Sequence record: MW822008.1
DNA: 64,000 nucleotides
Reading direction: 5' to 3' (one strand)
The notes beneath the pieces are model-generated. The model did no database searches, was not told where the DNA came from, and saw only the letters and a list, made by a program, of their open reading frames with translations. The position numbers and the translations under genes were made by a program. Shown piece after piece: positions 1 to 9,780 of the stretch; the stretch's first letter is position 1; the number at the start of each line of letters is the position of its first letter.

Positions 1-186
1 GCTAACAAAACTCTAGGAAACTGGACTGCACAGGTTGTTCCTATGGGATATTCTTACACATCTGATGAGGTTCAATTCCTGGCTGAACTATATCGTCAAG
101 TGCCGTTTATCATTAATGTACTAGAAGGTAATGATACATTATCACATGCAGATGTGATTAATTTTCTTGGAAACTTGCATGTGTGA
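1..186 (+). CDS. partial hypothetical protein (5' end outside window)
   Basis: Frame 1 is open from base 1 to TGA at 184-186 and overlaps the next start. Confidence 0.6.
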   Translation, partial: ANKTLGNWTAQVVPMGYSYTSDEVQFLAELYRQVPFIINVLEGNDTLSHADVINFLGNLHV

Positions 187-466
187 TGAAATAAATCTTA
201 CAGGATATTTTTTACAAGAATCAATGATTAAATTTAGTGATAAATTTTCAGTACTGGATGGTATCGAAATGTGGCATGTCAAACCACTGTTCCACACTTT
301 CAGTAAAGAGCACAAAATGTTATTGACTGAAGCCAGTAAATCAAATAACATATGTGAAATCAAAATTGGTGTAAATGTCTATAAAGGGATGGTTATCTTT
401 TTTGACAATAACAGCAACTACTTTTATATTGTTAAGGAGCATTACGTTGACAAATACAAATACTAA
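179..466 (+). CDS. hypothetical protein
   Basis: ORF track 167..466; ATG at 179 overlaps the upstream stop. Confidence 0.6.
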   Translation: MCDEINLTGYFLQESMIKFSDKFSVLDGIEMWHVKPLFHTFSKEHKMLLTEASKSNNICEIKIGVNVYKGMVIFFDNNSNYFYIVKEHYVDKYKY

Positions 467-1067
467 TACATATTTCCGTTATCTTCGATTAGGTCTTTCC
501 CTACGTCCGATCCGTGGAAAGTGCGATTCACTCGCTGACCTTGACTATGCATATGCATTACATCATGAAGGTGTACAGTATGTATTGGGTGATTATGGTG
601 AATTTGAAGAAACAAATGACAGTACTGGAATTAATGCTGGTGTAGAAAATCTTAACAACATTGCTAACAGTTCTCGCCATGACATTGTGTTACAGATTCA
701 AAACTTTATTGAGCAACACACAGGCAAACGTGTTTGGTGCTATGTCGGTACTGATGCACAAATGTCAATTTCATTCGGTAACGATGAAGGATATGTTGCA
801 CAGCTTATTATGGATTTTGAATCTGAAGAGAAGTTTTTAGAATTCAAAGAAAAGATTATTCAGTCACTTGTTGATATGGGTATCCCCGAAGATAAAATGC
901 CAGAAGTTCAAAACATTGATGAATTTGTTTTGATTCCATCTGATGAGAAATATGATGCAATGTTTACTGCTCTTAATATTCCAGGAGTTATTGTGGAGTA
1001 CTTTGATGATGGTGATGATAGTATCTATATCGATCTAGATGACGATGACGATGACGACGATGAATAA
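375..1067 (+). CDS. acidic hypothetical protein; true start uncertain, possibly TTG at 585
   Basis: Long ORF ending in poly-Asp; in-frame TTG at 585 has GAAGGTG about 11 nt upstream. Confidence 0.6.
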   Translation: MSIKGWLSFLTITATTFILLRSITLTNTNTNTYFRYLRLGLSLRPIRGKCDSLADLDYAYALHHEGVQYVLGDYGEFEETNDSTGINAGVENLNNIANSSRHDIVLQIQNFIEQHTGKRVWCYVGTDAQMSISFGNDEGYVAQLIMDFESEEKFLEFKEKIIQSLVDMGIPEDKMPEVQNIDEFVLIPSDEKYDAMFTALNIPGVIVEYFDDGDDSIYIDLDDDDDDDDE

Positions 1068-1072
1068 TGTAC

Positions 1073-1101
1073 ATAGCCCGACATAAGTTCGGGCTATTTT
1101 T
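1073..1101 (+). terminator. rho-independent terminator
   Basis: ATAGCCCGA-loop-TCGGGCTAT followed by a T-run. Confidence 0.85.
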
Positions 1102-1113
1102 GTAAGGGGATAT

Positions 1114-1389
1114 ATGAATTATAAAGTTCTACAATATACATACAGTGTTTTGTTTGATTTACATCACAATGGAAGATATCTCAATACAATACGAGAAAAC
1201 ACATTCACTCATACTATCTGGATTAATCACTTAATAATGATACGTGAATATTTTGTTAATAGTGAGATAATCATTCGTGGTAAAAAACAGAAGATAGAAC
1301 AAGTTAATAGTTTTGGTGGTAAATTAGTACTATCATTTATAGATAGTAATACTAATGAAAGATATAGTATAGATTTGGTGGACATATGA
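1114..1389 (+). CDS. small hypothetical protein, paralog family A
   Basis: N-terminal LQYTYSVLFDL motif shared with neighbours. Confidence 0.75.
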   Translation: MNYKVLQYTYSVLFDLHHNGRYLNTIRENTFTHTIWINHLIMIREYFVNSEIIIRGKKQKIEQVNSFGGKLVLSFIDSNTNERYSIDLVDI

Positions 1390-1652
1390 ATTATAAAGAT
1401 TTCCTACTAACATACAAGATTATTCGAGATTTAGCACACGACAATGATAGCCCTAGTCTAGAAGACACATGCACTGAAATGATTCATACGATTCGTGGTA
1501 AGATTAAAAAAAAATTCAGTACTGTTATTATTGGTGATGACCATGCAGAATTTTCTGATATAATCATTAGACGTGATGGTAAAGTTGAGGTTCAGTACTA
1601 CACTGATTTTGGATTTACCAGTATTCCGTTGGAGATATTCCCTTGGGATTAA
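1386..1652 (+). CDS. small hypothetical protein, paralog family A
   Basis: LLTYKIIRDL motif; ATGA start/stop overlap. Confidence 0.75.
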   Translation: MNYKDFLLTYKIIRDLAHDNDSPSLEDTCTEMIHTIRGKIKKKFSTVIIGDDHAEFSDIIIRRDGKVEVQYYTDFGFTSIPLEIFPWD

Positions 1653-1954
1653 ATTTAAATGATATACAATTCACTTATAAGATCCTATATGATTTGTATG
1701 ATGTATACCTTGTTAGTAACAACATAGGTTCACATAACCGATCCAAAGAACAACCATTTATTGATTTATATATTGAGTACTTAGATTCAGTAGGTGAATA
1801 TATAAAAAAGAATTACAGTACTTTTATCGATGGAAATGATAAATTCGATTTCTATGGTGTACAATCATATAATGGTATAATCCATGTTCAATTTCAGGAA
1901 ATAACCGATAGGGGATTTATCGAGATTAAAGTTGTGAAGTTGGTGAATTTATAA
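1643..1954 (+). CDS. small hypothetical protein, paralog family A
   Basis: NDIQFTYKILYDLY motif. Confidence 0.75.
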   Translation: MGLNLNDIQFTYKILYDLYDVYLVSNNIGSHNRSKEQPFIDLYIEYLDSVGEYIKKNYSTFIDGNDKFDFYGVQSYNGIIHVQFQEITDRGFIEIKVVKLVNL

Positions 1955-1964
1955 GAGGTTACAT

Positions 1965-2276
1965 ATGTTATTAAATGATATACAATTCACATACAAATTT
2001 TTGTATATCCAATACGCTACGGTTGATGCTGGAGAATATCTCTACAGTGAAATCTATCGTTCGGTATGGATAAAGTTTTTGGATGAATTACATGAATATT
2101 ACCATGATTTGTGCATAGTTCGTGATAATAAAATATACAAATTCCGCGATATTGTTAGTCATAGCGGTAAGCTACGATTGGAATTAAGTACTGATAGTGA
2201 TGTTGATTGGATTGGTGTAAATTTACTGGAGTTGGAGAATGAAAAACAACTTAAAGGAAATACAAGTATTTTATAA
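1965..2276 (+). CDS. small hypothetical protein, paralog family A
   Basis: NDIQFTYKFLY motif; GAGG RBS. Confidence 0.8.
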   Translation: MLLNDIQFTYKFLYIQYATVDAGEYLYSEIYRSVWIKFLDELHEYYHDLCIVRDNKIYKFRDIVSHSGKLRLELSTDSDVDWIGVNLLELENEKQLKGNTSIL

Positions 2277-2523
2277 ATTCTTATACTTGTCATATGTAAA
2301 AGATGAGTACTATGAAAGTGTGTATTATTTTTTATGGCAACATTACCGTACTATAGTAAGAGATTTATATATAGGAAAATCTATCATATCCAATGGTGAA
2401 AAATGTATATGTACGGATGTAGTTAGTTTTAATGGTTCTTTAACACTGTGTTTCAGATGCGATAATAATAGTGGGTCATTTTCATTAAACGTATATCAGT
2501 TAGAAGGAATAAATTTTGAATAA
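2239..2523 (+). CDS. small hypothetical protein, paralog family A
   Basis: EIQVFYKFLY and YIGKSI motifs; GGAG RBS. Confidence 0.75.
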   Translation: MKNNLKEIQVFYKFLYLSYVKDEYYESVYYFLWQHYRTIVRDLYIGKSIISNGEKCICTDVVSFNGSLTLCFRCDNNSGSFSLNVYQLEGINFE

Positions 2524-2716
2524 ATGTCCATATTGTAACAGTACTCAATTAGCTCGTTTCCGTTTAGATTCAGACTGGGCGACTGGTGCTGGTGATTTCT
2601 TCCCTATTAATGATGATGCGGAATACACCGAAGAACAGCACAAAGATTTTGATAAATCATGGCGACCTGACATTGAGTGCATTTATTGCCTTAATTGTGA
2701 GCGTGTTCATGACTAA
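2516..2716 (+). CDS. small zinc-ribbon protein
   Basis: CPYC ... CIYCLNC cysteine pairs. Confidence 0.65.
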   Translation: MNKCPYCNSTQLARFRLDSDWATGAGDFFPINDDAEYTEEQHKDFDKSWRPDIECIYCLNCERVHD

Positions 2717-2972
2717 AGCTGAACTAATAGTTCATACATATAAAATGATATCAAGTACTGAGTTATCATATAGTGCAGATAATCCAGTACTGGATTATTT
2801 TGTTGAATTATTGAAAGAGCATTATATTGGTAAATCACTGATTCTTAATAATATTAATTTCACGGTAAAGGATGTAGCACCTGGAAAAAACGTACTAATA
2901 GTATGTGTTACTTCATCTGATAACCCAGTATACCCAATATCAATAATTTTTGAGATATTAGGAGATTTATGA
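2709..2972 (+). CDS. small hypothetical protein, paralog family A
   Basis: VHTYKMI and HYIGKSL motifs; ATG at 2709. Confidence 0.7.
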   Translation: MTKAELIVHTYKMISSTELSYSADNPVLDYFVELLKEHYIGKSLILNNINFTVKDVAPGKNVLIVCVTSSDNPVYPISIIFEILGDL

Positions 2973-3259
2973 ATATCATTTTAATGCAGAAAACATATGC
3001 TATATTGGTGAAAGATTATTCCATTACTTTCGATTCACAAGAAAGTGCTCTACATAACCTATACAAAAACGTAACACAAGAATACAGAAATATGTTTTCT
3101 GACTTAGTAGTAGGAAGGTATTTCAGTACTAGAAAATACCCAAAACTTCAAATAGTTGATGTTTCTTTTTATTTCAATGGTCATATTACTATTCATAGTT
3201 TAGACCAAGATTCAACAACGTACTTAAACTTTTCATTTGATGAGGTAACATTTTTATGA
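2969..3259 (+). CDS. small hypothetical protein, paralog family A
   Basis: QKTYAIL motif; GGAG RBS. Confidence 0.7.
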   Translation: MNIILMQKTYAILVKDYSITFDSQESALHNLYKNVTQEYRNMFSDLVVGRYFSTRKYPKLQIVDVSFYFNGHITIHSLDQDSTTYLNFSFDEVTFL

Positions 3260-3432
3260 GAACAGTATTTTTTATCTGGAGTCTTTTTTCATTGGCAGTA
3301 CTGACAGTATGTGGGATTTGTTTCCTTTCATCAATTAATACTTGGTATATCAATTTACTATTTCCATTTGTCGGTGTTGGTTTAGGGTTTACTTTGCATA
3401 GTGTATGTAAGGATTACAATGAGAACAAATGA
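3256..3432 (+). CDS. small membrane protein (58 aa, below ORF-track cutoff)
   Basis: MRTVFFIWSLFSLAVLTVCG..., two hydrophobic segments; ATGA overlap with the previous gene. Confidence 0.6.
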   Translation: MRTVFFIWSLFSLAVLTVCGICFLSSINTWYINLLFPFVGVGLGFTLHSVCKDYNENK

Positions 3433-3697
3433 AGTACTTATTGCTGAAACAATGAAGATGATTTACAATATCACGTCAGCACAGAATATGCCCTATCCAA
3501 CTAAGTCTTTATTGAGGACTGTGTATCTGGGGATAGTACAGGAGTACTACAAATCCAAGCACCGAAGCATTATTAGTGTTTATCGTGATTATGAAAGGAT
3601 TCGTATTTTATTCTGGAACAAGAATCGAGTACGTTCTGAATGTGACCTAGTGGACTTTAAATTAGAGAATCTTTATTGCTATAAACAGGGACAATAG
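3419..3697 (+). CDS. small hypothetical protein, family A-like
   Basis: ATG at 3419; ETMKMIY motif. Confidence 0.6.
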   Translation: MRTNEVLIAETMKMIYNITSAQNMPYPTKSLLRTVYLGIVQEYYKSKHRSIISVYRDYERIRILFWNKNRVRSECDLVDFKLENLYCYKQGQ

Positions 3698-3746
3698 TTT
3701 AATTCATGATATAATAATGGGTAAGGAACAATAATTAACACAAGGA

Positions 3747-4484
3747 GTGTGTGAAATGCTTGACCGTATCCGTTTCGCTACAGAGATGGCGAATGAATTA
3801 AACATGGCAAATTTCCAAATGTTAACATCAGTAATGGCTGAACATGCATGTGCTTATTCTGTAAGTGGTGTGCAGTGTGGTCAGGAGAATATGTTAGCAG
3901 ATGTTTATAGTGAAGTGCAAAGTAAGCAATATAGTGTGAAGACATATAAGGATAAGTTTGTTAGTCTTTATATGAACGAAGATATTGCCGAAGACCGCAA
4001 ATTCACTGATTTTATTATTGAACGCCGAGTATCAGGTGTATCTAATCCTAATGCATCAAGCGAGGAAGTTTTTGCAGAAGTACTGAAAGATATATACGAA
4101 AATGAATTAAAAAGTAAGAATCATTACAATGTACGTGAAACTAACACAGTGCTCTTGGGATATGATGAAGACGAAGAATACTATTATTTTCGTATGACTG
4201 AAGTTCCTTTTGAATACAAATCTCCATATACAACTACAGTGAAAGAATTTACTGAAAAAAGTAAAAACTTCATGAAGCATGAAGGAAATCGTTGTAGTAT
4301 AAATGGTTATGACGAAAATGGCATTCACATTTATGAGTGGGTTCACCCAAATTGTCAGACATACACTCGTTGCTTGAAAAAACGTTATAATTTAGAAGAG
4401 CATGAATCATTCTATTTTAAAGTTAAGAAGCAAGGTTATACTCGCCCCGCTGATTCTGAATTGTTGGGTATGATATATTTCTAA
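3747..4484 (+). CDS. hypothetical protein
   Basis: 245-aa ORF with AAGGAG RBS, downstream of TGATATAAT at about 3706-3714. Confidence 0.8.
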   Translation: MCEMLDRIRFATEMANELNMANFQMLTSVMAEHACAYSVSGVQCGQENMLADVYSEVQSKQYSVKTYKDKFVSLYMNEDIAEDRKFTDFIIERRVSGVSNPNASSEEVFAEVLKDIYENELKSKNHYNVRETNTVLLGYDEDEEYYYFRMTEVPFEYKSPYTTTVKEFTEKSKNFMKHEGNRCSINGYDENGIHIYEWVHPNCQTYTRCLKKRYNLEEHESFYFKVKKQGYTRPADSELLGMIYF

Positions 4485-4494
4485 GGAAACGGCT

Positions 4495-4776
4495 ATGGAT
4501 TTTTATCTACACACATGGACATACGAACAATATATTACATTATATCTTGAAATTATTAACACAGAACCTAGGTGTGGTTGTTGGTTCGCAGATATCATAA
4601 AAGAGTATGCTGACGAGTTCGAGTTTGTGTATCTTGGGTCTGATATATTTGTAAAAAGTGTAGGTAAAACCGGACGAATCACTGATATAGATTACGACAC
4701 TGTTAGTGTTAATTTCTATGTTGATTTTCCTGATACTGGCGTTGATGGTGTATATTGTCTTTATGAAATAATTTAA
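4495..4776 (+). CDS. hypothetical protein
   Basis: ORF with AAGGA RBS. Confidence 0.7.
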   Translation: MDFYLHTWTYEQYITLYLEIINTEPRCGCWFADIIKEYADEFEFVYLGSDIFVKSVGKTGRITDIDYDTVSVNFYVDFPDTGVDGVYCLYEII

Positions 4777-4783
4777 ATTCTTA

Positions 4784-4807
4784 GGCCAGCGTTTGCTGGT
4801 CTTTTTT
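4784..4807 (+). terminator. rho-independent terminator
   Basis: GGCCAGC-GTTT-GCTGGTC followed by TTTTTT. Confidence 0.75.
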
Positions 4808-4820
4808 CGCAGGTACAAAG

Positions 4821-5123
4821 ATGTTCAGTATAGATTTAATTAACAGTACTATCAAAATGTTGGCTGATTTGGTGAGACAATCCAATGGAACTTTATATCC
4901 ATCAATGTATAAAATGTTTGACCGATACATCAAGGATTGTAACATATCATTATATGGACTTACTGTTGATATAGACGATTACTATGGAATTAATACTTCA
5001 TATAAAACAGGAATTTTAATTGGTATTAATATAAAGATGGGGTATTTCCCTTATTACTGTATAGGATTACCAGATAATACTTTGGTAGAATATCCAGCCA
5101 GTACTATTAAATTAAGAGGATAA
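4821..5123 (+). CDS. hypothetical protein
   Basis: ORF track. Confidence 0.65.
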   Translation: MFSIDLINSTIKMLADLVRQSNGTLYPSMYKMFDRYIKDCNISLYGLTVDIDDYYGINTSYKTGILIGINIKMGYFPYYCIGLPDNTLVEYPASTIKLRG

Positions 5124-5130
5124 AACTAAA

Positions 5131-5709
5131 ATGAATGTATTAGAATTAAGTACTAAGCTGATTAGTATGCGTAATGAGTGGTACGATTGGTTTTATAATG
5201 GTACTGATATGAATTTTTCAAAATATCCATTTATGGAATCAGGATGTGATTCAAGATACCGCTGGTTGAGCAAAAGTGATTCTGGTTTACATATTAGAAT
5301 CGATGATAGTGGTCGAGGAATTATACACGATTTACTTCAAGTTGATCAATTCGTCCATGACAATTGGTGTGATAACGATCCATACCTTGGAAATATGATT
5401 TATATAAGTGAAGATGATTGCGTATTCGTTATCCAGCGACATGGTAATTCTATGTTTTATGTAGCAGACAGCAGTACACCAGAAGGTGCAGCAGCCGATG
5501 GACTTATGCCTAAGATTGATATATTGGAATTTGGATTACCTGAGCACTTCCAGATTAGTACTTTATACGATATTCCACCACTTGAGTTCTTTGAAGAATT
5601 TAAATTGTACTTCAATGATCTTCAAAAATTGAGTACTGATAGACGCATTGAAATAACTGTTAAGTACATGGACGGAACGAAATTAACCGATACGGGGATA
5701 GAATTTTGA
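5131..5709 (+). CDS. hypothetical protein (EHFQ-motif family)
   Basis: LPEHFQISTLYD motif near the C-terminus. Confidence 0.7.
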   Translation: MNVLELSTKLISMRNEWYDWFYNGTDMNFSKYPFMESGCDSRYRWLSKSDSGLHIRIDDSGRGIIHDLLQVDQFVHDNWCDNDPYLGNMIYISEDDCVFVIQRHGNSMFYVADSSTPEGAAADGLMPKIDILEFGLPEHFQISTLYDIPPLEFFEEFKLYFNDLQKLSTDRRIEITVKYMDGTKLTDTGIEF

Positions 5710-6395
5710 TTAAAGATTTAGATAGAATTTTATATGTACTAAGGGGTGTAATTACATTACATCCACAAATCAATCGAATTGAAAGTACATTTCAGTTGGA
5801 GTCAAGAGAAACTCCATATTCACATATATCAAATGTAGTTGGTTCACTCAGTACTGAAGACTCGTCTTACGATATTTGTGTATGTGAAGTACAACCAAGT
5901 TCGGATCTTGGATTTGCTATTTTTGATAAAAATCAAAATCTCATTAGTATGTTTCAGTGCAATAATCCTTTTTGGAAAACATGCCTGTATCCAGAGTGGG
6001 CTATGCTTGATCCAACCAAGAGTACCATTAAAGTTTATGACTCTAAAAATGATGAAGTCGTTATTGATTTAGATGAGTCAATGTCAGAGGAAGAACACTT
6101 TCAGCTAATGATGATGCGTGCTATGCCTGAATACAATGCAATGATTAACACAGTGCAATACATTAAGGATACCATGCCAGCGTTGCGTACACATGAGTTT
6201 TGTCATCCGGTATTGTATGAACATCTAGATTTAGACTTCAGTACTATTAAATTTAAAGATAGTGTTAAAAAATATATTCAAGAGAATGTTAAATTTGATT
6301 TTATTAGTACTATGAACAATAATCCAAAAACTAATTTTAGGCATCAGTACAATGAATCTTTGTCTAATGGACGTGATACCAGTTGGTGGAAATAA
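5706..6395 (+). CDS. hypothetical protein (EHFQ-motif family)
   Basis: MSEEEHFQLMM motif. Confidence 0.7.
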   Translation: MIKDLDRILYVLRGVITLHPQINRIESTFQLESRETPYSHISNVVGSLSTEDSSYDICVCEVQPSSDLGFAIFDKNQNLISMFQCNNPFWKTCLYPEWAMLDPTKSTIKVYDSKNDEVVIDLDESMSEEEHFQLMMMRAMPEYNAMINTVQYIKDTMPALRTHEFCHPVLYEHLDLDFSTIKFKDSVKKYIQENVKFDFISTMNNNPKTNFRHQYNESLSNGRDTSWWK

Positions 6396-6396
6396 T

Positions 6397-6660
6397 ATGA
6401 ATATTCAAGATAGATTACAATTACTGTACACACTTGAACAGGCTGCTTATGATCTTGTTCGAAAAATCTCAGATGAACTACCTAAAGGAACTAAAGTTCG
6501 TGTACGTGAGATGAATTATTTTTCTGGAGTAATTGAAGAACAAGTACTAACAGTGAATAAAGTAACATACTATGAATCTGAGTTGTCTATTCAGTGTGAA
6601 TCTGATGATGGATTAATATCATATTATGGAACTGATGTAGATATAGAGGTAATAAAATGA
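6397..6660 (+). CDS. small hypothetical protein, paralog family B
   Basis: ATG at 6397; helix followed by LPKGTKVRV. Confidence 0.7.
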   Translation: MNIQDRLQLLYTLEQAAYDLVRKISDELPKGTKVRVREMNYFSGVIEEQVLTVNKVTYYESELSIQCESDDGLISYYGTDVDIEVIK

Positions 6661-7799
6661 CCCTTTTGCAAATATATGAAGATTTAATGCACTTATGTAA
6701 TACAAACGATGCATTCTTTTATGTGGATCATAAAAGTCCTGCTGGTGGCACGTATCGTGTATTCAGTTATCGTCTAGCATCATACACTGATTTCATGCAA
6801 CCAAATGCGTTGGAAACCCGTGGCTCTATGTGGGAAATTGATGAAGAAGGTGACATGATACGTTGTGCAGCACGTACAATGAAAAAGTTCTTCAATGCTT
6901 ACGAGAATCCTGCTACAATGTTCCCTGCTAACACCACATGCGATGACATTGCGGTAGTGATGCCTAAGTTGGATGGCTCGATCATCAGTACTTATCGTGA
7001 TAATGATGGTGAGATTCGTTGTAAATCACATACTGCATTGTATTCTGACCATGCGATTAACAGCACTCGACTTATTAACGAGAACCAGAATTTGTATCAG
7101 TACATCGACGAAGCGGAACGTTTAGGTTACACAGTTAATATGGAGTATACAAGCCCAGAGTACCGAATTGTATTACCATATCAGGTAGAACAACTGTTTG
7201 TACTGAACGTTCGTCATCGTGTGAGTGGTGAGTTGCTTTGTGGTAAAGCACTACGTGATAAGTTTCCATGTCTTGCACAGTACAGTACTAATATGACTGG
7301 AAAAGATATTCATCACACTTTTCCGGTACGAAATACCTTCCGTGAAAGCGTGGAGGAAGTTCATAAAATGCTTGATATTGAGGGTTTTGTGTGCATCCTA
7401 AATAATGGGACAATGTGTAAAATAAAGACTGACTGGTACAGTTCATTACATCTTACAAAAGATAGTATTATTATTGATTCTCATTTATATGAAGCAGTAT
7501 TAAATGGTTCAAGTGATGATTTAAAACAATTGTTCAGTACTGATGAATATGCTATGCAAAAGATATTAAGAATGGAACAATTGGTATTTTCGTGCTATAA
7601 TGCATTACAAGATGAAGTAGAAAGCTTCGTCAAGGAACACAAGCACTTGGAGCGAAAGGAATTCGCAATGAAGGTTCAGGAGTGTTTAACTAATGAACTG
7701 AATCGTCAGGGCTTGGCCTTTGCAATGTATAACAATAAGAAAGTTGATTACAAAGAGACTCTTATAAAATACATGAAAATTGTACTAAAGGATTTTTAG
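6657..7799 (+). CDS. rnlA: RNA ligase 1 (T4 Rnl1/gp63-like)
   Basis: KLDGS adenylation motif, RGxMWE, KKFFN, TVNMEY, EGFV and KIKTDWY motifs; 380 aa. Confidence 0.92.
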   Translation: MTLLQIYEDLMHLCNTNDAFFYVDHKSPAGGTYRVFSYRLASYTDFMQPNALETRGSMWEIDEEGDMIRCAARTMKKFFNAYENPATMFPANTTCDDIAVVMPKLDGSIISTYRDNDGEIRCKSHTALYSDHAINSTRLINENQNLYQYIDEAERLGYTVNMEYTSPEYRIVLPYQVEQLFVLNVRHRVSGELLCGKALRDKFPCLAQYSTNMTGKDIHHTFPVRNTFRESVEEVHKMLDIEGFVCILNNGTMCKIKTDWYSSLHLTKDSIIIDSHLYEAVLNGSSDDLKQLFSTDEYAMQKILRMEQLVFSCYNALQDEVESFVKEHKHLERKEFAMKVQECLTNELNRQGLAFAMYNNKKVDYKETLIKYMKIVLKDF

Positions 7800-7826
7800 T
7801 ACTATCTAGCCTAAGCACAAGGAGAA

Positions 7827-8084
7827 GTGATGGCTAAACCTAAGTATAAAAATGACGGTTCCCTTTCTCCGACTGAGTTCAGGAAAATACAAGAAGAAAT
7901 CGATGAATTACAGCACAAACGCTCAATGAAAGGTGTGAAGATAAGTAAGAAACGAATCGAGAATACCTTCGGATGTAGTAGTACTGAATACAAGAAGAAA
8001 AGGAAACCAAAAGGTGTTAAGCCGAGAATACATGATGTAACTCGCTATACATCGAAACGTGAAAATAAATTTGATCCACTATAA
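7827..8084 (+). CDS. small basic hypothetical protein
   Basis: Lys/Arg-rich ORF with AAGGAG RBS. Confidence 0.65.
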   Translation: MMAKPKYKNDGSLSPTEFRKIQEEIDELQHKRSMKGVKISKKRIENTFGCSSTEYKKKRKPKGVKPRIHDVTRYTSKRENKFDPL

Positions 8085-8093
8085 GGAGTTCAT

Positions 8094-8330
8094 ATGAAAG
8101 TTGAAGTTCAGCATAGTATTGTTCAGGATATGTCAGTAGTTAAATTTCTTTCTCTGAAAGATTACTTCAGATGTATCAAGTTCCTAGAAGAATCTCAATT
8201 ACAGTGGACCCCATTAAAGTACAGTTCATCCAATGATACTGCTAGTATTCGTTGTGATGAATCTGTACTTGTGAAAATCTCCAAGCGATTTGGAGTTGGG
8301 AAATATAATGATAAACAATGCACAAAGTAA
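8094..8330 (+). CDS. hypothetical protein
   Basis: AAGGAG RBS. Confidence 0.7.
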   Translation: MKVEVQHSIVQDMSVVKFLSLKDYFRCIKFLEESQLQWTPLKYSSSNDTASIRCDESVLVKISKRFGVGKYNDKQCTK

Positions 8331-8619
8331 TTTACTATATATAAAGTCAGTAGAAGCTGAAATTAAAAATTCAGTACAAACTATCGTCGATGAAATGATT
8401 GACAAATACAAGAGCAATCTTATTGGGAAGAAAGTCAGATGTTGGGATTACACATTCAAACACTGGTACGATTCCGAGATTGTGAAAGTTGATGTGAATA
8501 CTGATAGTAATGGTCTAATTAATGGTATTGCGTATATTGGTGTTTTAATACGCAAGGGAACACCACAGGAATGGCTAACTTATCATAATATAGAGCATGT
8601 TAAATTTTTAGAGGATTAA
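8308..8619 (+). CDS. small hypothetical protein, paralog family B
   Basis: SNLIGKKVRC motif. Confidence 0.7.
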   Translation: MINNAQSNLLYIKSVEAEIKNSVQTIVDEMIDKYKSNLIGKKVRCWDYTFKHWYDSEIVKVDVNTDSNGLINGIAYIGVLIRKGTPQEWLTYHNIEHVKFLED

Positions 8620-8622
8620 AGG

Positions 8623-9555
8623 ATGCCAACTATCACACTAACAGTTGGATTGCCTGGGTGTGGTAAAACTACATGGGCAGTGCAAGAGATTAAAAACGCC
8701 AAATCCAAGACTATCAACATCAACCGTGATGATATTCGTGAATCTATGGCTGGGTCACATGATGCTTACAAATTCAACGATGCTAATGAGCAGTACGTAA
8801 CTAATTTACAGTTCAGTGCAGCAAATTCAGCAGCAGAGAATGGTTGGAACATCATCATATCCGATACAAACCTTAAACAACATTTCCGTAATCTCTGGAA
8901 AGTATGGGCTAAAGATAATGGTTATGATTACAAAGAAAAGAACTTCTATGATGATTTTGTACCTAATGAAGACCGTGGTGCAGATGTTCATGAATTCTTT
9001 AAGATTAAAGAGTTCGTAAAACTTTGTAAGAAATATAACCTCCAGCGTGAGCGTTCAGTACAAGATGATATCATTGACACAATGGCAGATACGTACTATT
9101 ATAGTAAGGCATTACACATTGGTTACTATGGTAATTCACGCGAAGCTGCTATCATCGTTGATATCGATGGAACTCTTGCTCATAAATGGGGTCGTAATCC
9201 TTACGATGAAAGTACTGTTCTTCAGGATACACCTGATGAAGAAGTTATTTTGTCTATTATCGCTGAAGCAGTTTTTCATAAACGCAAGATTATCGTCATG
9301 AGTGGGCGTACTGAAGGGTGTCGTGCTGATACCGAACAGTGGCTTAAGAATTGGGGTGTTCCTTACGATGCATTGTTTATGCGAGATATCGATGATAAAC
9401 GTCCTGATGATGTTGTAAAATTCGACCTGTACATGAAAAATGTGGTTGATCATTACGATGTTAAAAAGGTATATGATGACCGCGATCAAGTTGTATTCAT
9501 GTGGCGTAAGCTACTTGGGTTGAAAGTTTTCCAAGTGGCTGAAGGAAATTTCTAA
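8623..9555 (+). CDS. pseT: polynucleotide 5'-kinase / 3'-phosphatase (T4 PseT-like)
   Basis: N-terminal P-loop GLPGCGKTT, NRDDIRE, SDTNL; C-terminal HAD motif DIDGTLA and DDRDQVV. Confidence 0.93.
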   Translation: MPTITLTVGLPGCGKTTWAVQEIKNAKSKTININRDDIRESMAGSHDAYKFNDANEQYVTNLQFSAANSAAENGWNIIISDTNLKQHFRNLWKVWAKDNGYDYKEKNFYDDFVPNEDRGADVHEFFKIKEFVKLCKKYNLQRERSVQDDIIDTMADTYYYSKALHIGYYGNSREAAIIVDIDGTLAHKWGRNPYDESTVLQDTPDEEVILSIIAEAVFHKRKIIVMSGRTEGCRADTEQWLKNWGVPYDALFMRDIDDKRPDDVVKFDLYMKNVVDHYDVKKVYDDRDQVVFMWRKLLGLKVFQVAEGNF

Positions 9556-9558
9556 TAC

Positions 9559-9590
9559 AAAAGGGATCATATATTGGTCCCTTTTTCTTT
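9559..9590 (+). terminator. rho-independent terminator
   Basis: AAAAGGGATCA-loop-TGGTCCCTTTTT. Confidence 0.8.
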
Positions 9591-9780
9591 TAAGGTACAT
9601 TATAGTGAATGTAACAACACAGATGTTATTACAAAAAGACTACTTAGAAAATATAGAACGATACTATAGATTGTCTTTGTATGAAAATAAGCATAAAAAT
9701 TATAGTTTTGATAAACTACTAAATTCCAGTACTGATGATTATCTATTTTCATCAATGTTTTATGTGAGAGGTTTATTATA

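Noticed and set aside
491-541. Hammerhead ribozyme
   Set aside because: The three-way junction lacks the CUGANGA and GAAA core.
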